From assembly GCF_018350175.1 (NCBI RefSeq), contig NC_058368.1:14696001-14760000 (forward strand): a DNA stretch of 64,000 nucleotides. The letters are read 5' to 3'. Source of the DNA: Felis catus (Eukaryota). Shown in pieces: positions 53,878 through 64,000 of this stretch (its first letter is position 1; each line of letters starts with the position of its first letter). The translations under genes were made by a program, and so were the position numbers. The notes below the pieces were generated by a model, which had not been told where the DNA came from, did not search any database, and worked only from the letters and a program-made list of their open reading frames with translations.

Positions 53878-56800
53878 AAGAGAAGCACTTTTGAAAAGTT
53901 TTTGACGAACTGCCCTCGAGACAAGCTGACTCAAACTGTACTTTCATCAGACTATAAGAGTGGTCATTAGCCTAACCCCTCATTGAGGTTGGGTTTTATC
54001 TTCTCAAAAAATCTTTAATTTCTAAATAAATATTGGATTTTGTTGCCTTAAATCTGAATTGGTTTGATTACCAATAAAATTGTATATTTTTTCCCACATG
54101 CTTATCAGTATTCTTTTGCTATTATTTGTTCATGTCTTTTGGCCATTTGCAATTGGGATGTTCTTTTTCTTACTGGGTTATAAGAATGCATGCTGTATTA
54201 AAGTTTTATCCCTTTGTCTGTCACGTTATAAATATTTATCTGTGTAGGCAGTGGTTGAAATATGTTAGCTTTAACTGTGGCATTCTTTTTAAGTATAGTA
54301 GTTTAAAAATGAAGTCTAATTGATTAGCTTTCCCATTATGCATTTTTTAACATCTTAGATTTCAATCACAAAGAAATCATAATAATTCCAGATCTAATTC
54401 TGATGCCTGACTTTGAAATTTTCTTCCCTGCTCATGTAATTTCTAATTTTCTGAGCTCAAAACATGTCTTTTTCCCCTTTATACATCCTGAATGGCTTTA
54501 TATAAACATCTTTTCCTATTTTTCCTAAACCAACAAAGTAGTTCGTATTGTTTAGGAAAGAAGGAATGTAAGTGTGTATAAAATATAAATGTCTCAAGAC
54601 TGCAAATAGGAGATAATGGAGAGCGTCTCCCATAGAACCTTAGGGATTGAACTGTGGGGGGCAAAAAGAAAAGGAAGGATTTCCGATAGAAAAAGAGGGG
54701 GAAAGAAATTCCACCTTGAGGTATTAGTATTTGTGGCTTCATAGCCAAAAGTAGAGAGAAAATGATTCAGGGCATTACTGAGCATGCCCAGGCTTCCCTG
54801 ATAGTTACTTGGGCCACTGTTGGCTGCTCTAGCCTGGCCAGATGGTCCTGAAATAGACTTCCATTTCTTAAAGAGAGAGAGAGAGAGAGAGAGAAATCTA
54901 TGCATATGGACATATCAGCAAACATTAAAAGACAAGTAAGCAAGAGATATAACATAATAACATCAGAAGATATGACCAGAACTGTAAAAACTGTTCCCAT
55001 GCGGCGATAGCGTTTACAGGTGTGTCCACAGAGGTTTTAATTCACAAAACAGATCTTTGGAACTTGTGGAGAGGACATCCAATTAGCTCAAGGCTCTGCT
55101 CCACAACTGATGACACAACCTGGAGCTTGTCCTAGCCTTGGACACCGGCCTGGCCTTTTGGAAATATATTAGCATCCAAATTGGATGGCTGTAATGTTGC
55201 TGGTCCATTGGCATGCTTCCATCAGGTGTCCGCTATGTGCCAAGCACTGAGCACGGCAGGCATAATGAAGAACAAATACAGTTTTGGGACTCGAGATACT
55301 CACCACCTGGTAGTGCAGTACGGAGTCTTTTGACCAGCAATAATTTTAACAAAATCATTTTTGAAACGGAGGGCTCTCTTTGACTAATCTTTATTTCATG
55401 GGACTCATGTTTGAAAACGTTGTTTTAGGAAACAAATCACTTTAAGTAATAATACATTTTTCATTTTAACTCAAAATCAGGACCATAATGAGGGCAGGAT
55501 GCCCAAGACTTTTTGTCCCAGGTCATGAATGCTTAGAGGTCACTAAGTTTAAAATAATAATTTAAGAAGCTCAGTATCTAGTGAGCAAGAATGAAAAGCT
55601 AAAATAGAAAGCTACCAGATGGTGCACATTGGTAATAACACCCATCTGTGAGCCGCAACATGAATTAAAAAGTTGATTTTAGGGTTTGTCGCACGCTGTT
55701 GGCCACAGGTGCCAGAATTACTAGTTATGGCTTCAACTACCAACCAGGGCTCTGGATCAGCATAATTGAACCAATCTTACCACACCAAGTTGACATGTTC
55801 CAGCTACCACAAAGAAACTAGGCAGTTTAGTTAGGCAGCTCAGCTTTATCAGAGCCAACGTAGGCGTTTTGTTTGATTTTCGAAGTATTGAAAAGAACTT
55901 GTGGGCTCAGGCCATGCTTCTATAGCTTCTCTTGCTTCTCCTGAACTTAGTTCTCACCATATTATTAACCTATCAAAAGTATTCATTTATTAGTCTCCCC
56001 CCACCTCCTACTCCATTCGGTACTAACTAGTCCTGGCATATTAAAAAGTGTGTACAGCTGCTCCATAAATATTGGCCCAAATTGCCACTGATCCTGTTAC
56101 TACTTGTGTGAACTCTTACTATTCACTGAACTAATCCAACTTCTCATTTTGCAGAGAGGGAAACTGGGTCTCAGAGAGGTTAGATGACTTGTATCAGAAC
56201 CCAGGTCTCTCGGATTGATGGCTTCCTTACAACCCAGGACCTGATGCTGTCGCTTAAGCAAGCTGTCCGCCTGTGAATAAAGGCTAGAAAATTGCTATCA
56301 GTGACCATGTTTTGGGCGGACAGACAAGTGAGTGATGGTGGATAGTGGGTTGGGAAACAACCAGTTCCCATATCAACATTAAGTTAAAAATTGAAGATGC
56401 TAATGCTACAATTCTATCCATATGCCTATTGCATCACAAAACAAAACATCGAACTCTTAAAAATGGAGTTATAGTGAAGTAGTAAGTAGGTTGCGGGTCA
56501 TGGAGTCTGAAAGATAATTACAAATATTACAAATCTCGTACCTCTTGCCTTCAGGATAAGAGCAAAGCTTCATGGGTCATATAAGGGATTAATAATTCTG
56601 AAATGCTTGGGTTGAATAATAGAAAACAGAAACAAAACAATGACAGCAACTGCTTTTTTCCTAGGGTCAAAATAAAACCAACTGAAGAAAATTGCAGCTC
56701 TAAGCCATAAATTAGGAAAAATAAATACAAAAGACTCTAACCATCTTTTCCATTAAAGTTTGGGTTTTAAGTATTTTAATTAGTTTAAATGGGAATGGTG

Positions 56801-58894
56801 TTTTATAATGGTGAAAAATGCAGTGAAGAAGGACAAACGCTTCATTACTTTGGAAAGAATGCCAAAATCTTTGTCAGCTTAAAACCACAACTTAGAACCA
56901 TCATGAATAATATGATCTAAATGGCCAGTAAAACAGAAAGCCTCATTTGTCTTCACAAAAGACATTTTCATAGCCTCTGGCAAGGAAGAAAACAGCACCC
57001 TCCATTCCCCCTCTTTCCACGCGTGGTCATTTGTTTTTGGGGGGAGGGAGTAATCACTACATTGATATTTTTGCCACCCTTTTATTATAAGGGATATATT
57101 TCCTTTGGCAGTGGAGATAACAGACTACACAAATACTCCTTAAGAAAGACGATATTGAAGGACTATAGGTAAGCCACTTGAAGGAAGCTTCAGGATAGTA
57201 ATTTCTCTTGCTACTAAAGGTTGAAACCTACCCAAGTATAGAAAATCAGATCAAACACATTAATTGGATATCTGGTGACTGAACCCACTCTAGCAAGTAA
57301 GCAGGCAAGCACGATTTAGTTAAATCTCTGCTTTGGAAAGTCTCTACACTCACAGTTCTGTGAGGGGGAAAGTATCATACTCCATATGGTCTGTACTAAT
57401 GTTCGCTCTACAGATGTCCTCAAAATCTGGTAAGAGAGAAGTTAAAACATTTCCCACCTTTACCCTGGACCCCAATTCAAGAAATGGGCCTCCTGTAATG
57501 GATAAGCGTAGAGAGACAACCGCGATGCAGATGTACAAGGAAGGGACTGAAGAAGGAATAAATTCTTTGGCCATGTTCCCAGTGGCATGAGAACTTCCAC
57601 TTATGCAGATCCTCCCCCCACTCAGAGACAGTTGGTAGGTAGGCTGTAGTGTTGTGGCAGGTGCTAAAGAAGAGACATGATGACAGAATTCTACTCCAGG
57701 CACCAACGCCTCACCTGAGCCTGCATAGCAGGGACACTCATGCATTCAAAGGGACCCACTTGTGCCTTTTGGAGAATCTTGAAGAGCAAAGGGAAAGCCT
57801 CCAAGTATCCAAATGGCCTTAGAGACATGCTGCATGTTGGCTAGGGAATGAATAGTCTTTAAACAAGGTATGTTTCTACTCCTCTACCCTCTTTTCAAAA
57901 CCAGCCAGAATGAAAGCACTGTCAGGCAGAGGCCTCTCAACTGATATCTGCTCTAAATTCAGTTGTTCAGAACGGTTAAGGAGATGGGCAAGTTCATCTG
58001 GAAGAATCCATCATGAGCAATAGATGTGTTGTGCTTTCCTCCCCATCCTGATTACAAAGACAAGCTTCCTCTCAACTTGGCAAAGGTACAAAGCCTCCAA
58101 ATGGAATAACATTCCCCTCTTCGGTTATATGCAAAAGAAAGTCAGGAAGCACATTCGGTTCTAGAGACATTTTATAAAAATGGCACAAGCTCAATGGCCA
58201 AGAGAGAACTTGTGATTCTATCTGTAACTCTCCAACAAGTTGCTCTTACATGTTCATATGCTCTGAGTTGGAAGGAGCCCTCTGAGAACACCAAGGTTAT
58301 CAGTGGTCACCAAATCGACTCTCTCCTCAACCCATGAATATCCCCTCCTGTCTCTAGAAATGGTTGTCCAGCTTTCTCTGCAACACTTTGGTGCCTGGAG
58401 GATTCACCACCTCTGTCTCATGGTTTTTGAAGCTTTCACCATCCTGCTTAGTTTCCAGCTTGTCATCACAGGTGAATTCAACAGAGCGTTGCTGGTATGT
58501 CAGACAAGCACATTTAACTTCCCGTAGAAACATGATGATTTTCGCCCTTCACAGCAGAATCATAGGATATCCAAACATAGGTTCCTCGCAGGAAGGGTCA
58601 GTCTGCACCTGCCCAGCAAGGACTGAGGTCCGCTCTCTCATTTCTGTGCCACGTGGATTCCAAGGCAATCCTGACACTACGGTGAAATCCCCCTCCCTAC
58701 TGGCTGTGGGGTTTGGAGCCAGTGTTACTTCCCTAATCTCCATATGCAGCATGTCTCGAATAAAAGCAATCAGATTCCAACACTCTAAAACATAGTTTTT
58801 AAAAAATAAAGTATGTAGCAGACTGAGCTGAAAGTCGCTTAGCTGGGGAGTAAAGTCCCAGAAACTGAGATTTTTAAAGTACCTTCTAAAAATA

Positions 58895-59070
58895 CAGCTA
58901 CGCGTGTCTAAACCCAGCACCTAGACTGGCCCACCACCACTTTTCAGAACACCCAGCTAAGCGCTCCAGATGGCGCACACGTGTTCCCGCAGCCCGGGCT
59001 GCTCACTGTGAGACTCACACGCACCCGCTCCGGAAGCACGCGCTAGCTGAGACTCCTTTACGTAACCTCT
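58895..59070. promoter_or_regulatory. Intronic CpG-rich element with CTCF-like motif
   Basis: gctccagatggcgc 58963-58976, CACGTG 58978-58983, CCGGAAG 59030-59036, TTACGTAA 59058-59065. Confidence 0.5.
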
Positions 59071-60714
59071 GCAGAAGGCTTTATGGTGCTGGAATCTTCT
59101 GTACTTCCATCACAAGAGTCGCCACTCAGAATGCTTCTCTTCTCCAAATACTTTCTTTTTTCCCAACAGTCAAATAAAAGTTCATTTTCCCCACGTAAGA
59201 GCTGAGTTATATGGGGGTCCGGGATGAGGGGGGCAGTTTTGCTCTAGGAGATTGTCCTGCTTACCCGGGTTCCTGCTATCTTATTTCTGTTGCCATGTTC
59301 TCGTCCACGTGGTCCCAGCCAGCTTGTCATGTGGTCTCTGAGTTTCAGCCTTGGGGGAAAGGAGAAAAAGAGGGAGGCCTCCAGATGCTAGGCAGGAAAA
59401 GTTGCTCTGTGCCTTCACCAGGTCTGCATTTCCTGAAACTGATTTCGTTCTTTCCTTCGTCCTTCATGTCAATTGAACTGCTTAGTGCTCCCTGGTCTCT
59501 ACATGCTGGATGCCAGAAGCACCGCTTTAGTTGTGATGACCAAGAACGTCTCCACACTTTGCCAAATTTCCCCTGGGGACATACTGCGCATGGCTGAGAA
59601 CCTTTGCTAGATCTCTTCATTAAGCAATGCTTCCCCCGTCTGTAATCAATTCTTAAAGTCTTCCTTGAGGGTGTTAATGAGGCCATCACTAACCACCTGC
59701 CTGAAACAATGCATTTTGCACATTCTTTCTGTAGCTTTGGCCAACACGAATCGATAGTTTCAGGCTTTTATGCATCTACTACAGTGTAGGTGATGCAATT
59801 GGCAACACTGAAGGTCTTCCAATGGTCTGCTAAAACTGGATCAGCACCCGTTGCTCTACCCATCTCTGGGAACGTGGAGACACGGGGCCCTGAAACACTG
59901 GGGGTTTCTTGCTCGAGAGTTTGGAGGACGGAGGAGCTCGTGGGGACACAGTGTAGAGAAAGAAGACTTCCAGTCTGTGCTGTACAAATCTGAGTGTTGG
60001 AGAAGGGCCGGGAACATTGCCCATAATCAGCTGCTCTCCAAGTCAAGTCATTTTCCCTCCAGGTACCATTTGACCTTGCAATGAAATTTTTGGAACCAAT
60101 CCCCAAATGGTGCTACCCGAGCCATTTTAGTTGAGTGCAAGTACCCAAGAGGATGTTCTTGCCTATTGAGACTGGGAATACGCAGCCCTATTCAGTGAGC
60201 CAGGAAGAATGGTTTCAAAATGACACAATCGTGTACTCTTTCGCTGATATGAAGTCAGGATCTTGTCTTTCTGGAAGTCTAAAATATAAGTGTAGTTGGT
60301 GAGAGCTTGTTTTCCCCATAAAAGCCCAAAAGGATCAGCATTAAAACTTGTCCCTGAGGGCAGTCTTTTTTTTTTTTTTTTTTCCTGTGACAGCCCTCAG
60401 CTGTTTGCTCAATTATCTGCTGCCTCTTCATTGGCCAATGCAGCTTTGCCACCAATCTTCATCCCTTTTGAAAGTAAAGGAGTTGCTAAAACTGAGAAGC
60501 TCCCTTTGGCTGGCTCTGAGCTTCTCATCAGAAACCTGTGTGCTGTTGGTGGGAAGTTCGAACAAAGCACAGATGCTGAGGGCCCTTCTCCTAATGTGCT
60601 CCCGATGATAGATGCATGCCTGTCGACTAGCACAAGAGCGATACCTTCTCCGTTTTCACTGAAGTCTGACAACGCTGAGTGACTGAATATACAAATGGAC
60701 AATGACGGGGCCAT

Positions 60715-61200
60715 GTAGAAAAATAGGACTCTGGCCCATTACCCGCAGCAACCTGCCAAGGAGACCACTTTTATCTATGCTAACCGGCCAAGAAGCCAGT
60801 CTGCTCTAAGATAGACTAGCCAGAAGCCAGATTGCTTTCCCTAGTAATGACCCAGGAAGATGACCAGCAACTCCTGTTAGAATCGGCCCCAAATGGCCAA
60901 GACTTGGTTGATAATTGACAGCTTCCCCTAATTTCTGTCCCTGTTTCCAACTCAGAACCAGAGAAAACTAAATATGCACCCTAGCCGATCGCATAGCCAG
61001 CCCACCCACAGCTTCTCCACACCAACAATCAGCCCACACCTGAAGCCTTCCCTTCTCACCATTTAGGAAGCTTTCCCACTCCTCTGCCTGACTTAGGTCT
61101 CTGCCAAAATGCAAATGATGGCGGCTGACTCCTTTGCTCTAGCAAGCTCACAATAGATAGCCTTAGCATGTTCTCGTTTGGTTGGTCTTGGCTTCCACCA
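60715..61200 (+). mobile_element. Probable solo ERV LTR
   Basis: TG...CA ends, repeated internal gaagccag motifs, CCAAT-like and degenerate poly(A) region; no clear TSD, family not assigned. Confidence 0.55.
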
Positions 61201-61453
61201 CACACGGCTCTCCCTTAGCTTAAAACGAAGCAGCTTGCTTGAGTCAAGCATCGTGTTGCATGAAACAGGCTTACCTTTATCCATTAGAGTCATGAGAACA
61301 TCCACAAGGGAAAGAGGGCTGACTGAAGAAACAGCAGATGAACAAACATCTCCAGTCTCACACTCTGGGCCTACACTGATGGGGTGGGTTCCCATGCGTG
61401 AGGATGCACATCATCTGCATTTCTATTTCTATTTCTCTTTTTTGCAAAGTGCA

Positions 61454-61899
61454 TGTGTTAATTTCCTGAGGCTGCTATAACAAATTGCCACAAACTGGGT
61501 GGCTTAAAGTGACCAAAATATCTTCACTCATGGACTAGAGACCAGAAGTCCAAAATCACGGTGTTGCAGGGCCACAGTCCCTCCTAAGGCTCTAGGAAAG
61601 AATTAATTTCTTGCCTCTTCCAGCTCCTGGTGACTCCAGGCATTCCTTGACTTACGGCCACATCACTGACATCTATGCTTCCGTCTACACATGAACATTT
61701 ACTCTGTGTGTGTGTTTTATCTGCTTCTGTCGGATTCATATGAGGACGTTTGTGTTTGGGCCTACCTGGATAATCCAAGGTAATCTCATGTGCAAATCCT
61801 TAACCTAATTATATCTTCAAAGATATAATTATTTCCTTATTTTCCAAATAAGGTAACATTTACCAGTTGATACGGGTGGCCATTATTCAATCCACTACA
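61454..61899 (-). mobile_element. MaLR LTR (MLT1-type)
   Basis: ggctgctataacaaattgccacaaactgggtggcttaaa...tttccaaataaggtaacatt...attcaatccactaca. Confidence 0.85.
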
Positions 61900-62766
61900 G
61901 CGTGTGTGACACAACTTTGGGACAAGCCTTTCTTGAGAATTATTGTCAGGAAATCTGTTATTATTCCCCTGCCAAAAACCTTTCCATGACTCCTTGTTGC
62001 TTTTTGAGAACATCCTTAGCATAGTCTATAAGGCCCCCGTCTACCTCAGCCTCTGTCTCCTCTTTCCTTTGGACACATTATTTCAGCTTCTTACATGAAC
62101 AAAATATCTTCCCATCTCTGGGCATCAGCACTTTAATTTCCTGCACAAGAAACAAGTCCATCCTATTCCCACCTCACCTGGCCAACTTCTGCTCATACTG
62201 CCCTGCTCAGTTGAAGTTCATTCATCTTGAAAATATTCACCAAATCCCTGCTGGTTAGGTGCCAGGACACAGTAGTGAATTGGGAGACAGAGTACCTGCT
62301 GGCATGGAATGTATCCTCTAGTAGAGGAAACAGGCCTTAAAAAATAACAACAAAAAAGGACAAGCGCTGGTTTTATAAGTACTTTGCCAAGAATTGAAAG
62401 GATGATGTGACAGTGAGTGGCTGAGTGAGTGGTATCTCTACACTGGTGGTCAGAGAAGGTGTCTTGGGAGTAAAGGACACCAAAGGTGAGCTATGAACAC
62501 AAGAAAGAGCCAGCCATGTGTAGATTAGAGGAAAGAAAGCAAGGCAGGGGCAAGATCAAGTCAGGACTGGGAAGAAAGGAGGGGTTTGGATTGTACATTA
62601 TCCAATATGGGGGGTTATAGAAGGGTTTTAGGCAAAGGCATTGGTGTGATCTAATTTGTGTCTAAAAGGTCACCTTGGCTGCTGTGTAGGGGAAGGGTTT
62701 CAGAGGGATGAAACTAGGTGAGGAAGGATGGTGGCTTGGACCAGGTGGAGGTAATAGAAATGGACT

Positions 62767-62993
62767 GGGGCGCCTGGGTGGCTCAGTCAGTCAAGCGTCC
62801 GACTTCGGCTCAGGTCACGATCTTGCGGGTCCGTGAGTTCGAGCCCCGCGTCGGGCTCTGTGCTGACAGCTCAGAGCCTGGAGCCTGTTTCAGATTCTGT
62901 GTCTCCCTCTCTCTGACCCTCCCCTGTTCATGCTCTGTCTCTCTCTGTCTCAAAATAAATAAAAACGTTAAAAAAAATTAAAAAAAAAAAAAA
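62767..62993 (+). mobile_element. SINEC_Fc-type SINE inserted in an L2 remnant
   Basis: SINE body; TSD agaaatggac; L2-like flank about 62230-62760. Confidence 0.93.
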
Positions 62994-64000
62994 GAAATGG
63001 ACAGAAGAGAATGACTTGGGGTCTGATGTGAAGACTGAGTCCACAAAAAGACAGGCTGGATAGGGTGCAGGTGGACAGGAAAATCTCTGCCTACACGATC
63101 TATGACAGGTGTACTGCTGAGTCCTACTGAGGGGTCTGCACATGTAGTGGCACATGAGCAGGAGAGACTGAGACAAAGGGCAGGAGAGACTGAGACTTTA
63201 CCAAGCTTATGGTCTCCCTGAAGGATAGAGGACAGACTTTGCAGCTCTTTACAAATCCTTGTCCTTCCTTTGACCCTGCTCAATTGCAATCACTGGAAGT
63301 GGGACCTGGGGCATTTAAAAATATCCCTTGGTGATCCTGATGATGTGGGTCCATAGGCCAGAAAACTTTTGCCATTCTCTGGTGTACAGATCAGAAAATT
63401 ACTGAAGGAAACCCAGAGGCTCACAGTTCGAAGTAATTGTGCAATGTGGCATTTGGAAAGAAGGATTAAACCAACAGAATGAGGAGATGAATTAGCAAGA
63501 CAAATCAGTCTTGAAAAAACAAATATCTGTCCTGCTTTAGATTTGGTCCCAATTCAAACGTTCAAATACAATAAACTATCATCCTGAGACCAAGATGAAA
63601 GCAGACTTTGGAAGAAGAATAAAAGTTCACATTTATTAGCAACTCATGACCACCTGGTTTTCATTAACTACAAAATAGAAAGGATCTGAAAGATAGATAA
63701 GAAACTGATAAATTACTCAAGAACGGAAAGCTAGAAAATGGGTATGAATTCCTCCTAGAGAAAAGGAAACAAAAGAAGCCAAGAAAAAAAAAAAAGCATA
63801 GAAGTATAAACTGAAATTAAATTTGATAGCTCTCTCCTTGGGAAAGGCTCTTTTATGCCTGACTTTATCTCAGCCATTCAGAAACAAGGGTAAATGTGTA
63901 TCTTTGGTCCACTGGCCTAGCACAGATCCGAGTGGTTCAGGGTCAGGAGGTCTGGAAGGGGCTCACTGGGAAAGCTGAAGGTATGGAGCTTGTGGGCAGC

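Noticed and set aside
57333..61480. Several 100-143-aa ORFs near LTRs as possible retroviral genes
   Set aside because: No gag, pol or env motifs; ORFs on both strands at chance-like lengths.

Overview
Mammalian genomic DNA, almost certainly felid (dense carnivore tRNA-derived SINEs of the feline SINEC_Fc type). The whole window lies inside DCLK1 (doublecortin-like kinase 1) on the minus strand. Seven internal coding exons (117, 95, 85, 109, 58, 120 and 147 nt) splice in frame from the end of the doublecortin region through the Ser/Pro-rich linker into the kinase domain as far as [10 protein letters not shown]. The window also holds the internal promoter and first exon (MLELIE) of the short isoforms, and the alternative terminal exon (DLYRPLSSDDLDSVGDSV*) of DCL/CARP with a long AT-rich 3'UTR. 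The rest is intron with SINE, L1, L2, CR1, MIR, MER5 and LTR fragments and microsatellites. I see no novel prokaryote-type system. The best leads are a candidate in-frame 36-nt cassette exon with a second acceptor 94 nt downstream, an apparently frameshifted counterpart of the rodent Arg-rich insert, tandem splice sites at both ends of one intron, inverted young SINEs around a symmetric exon, and a CpG-rich CTCF-like element. Repeat family calls and cross-species comparisons are from memory, not from searches.
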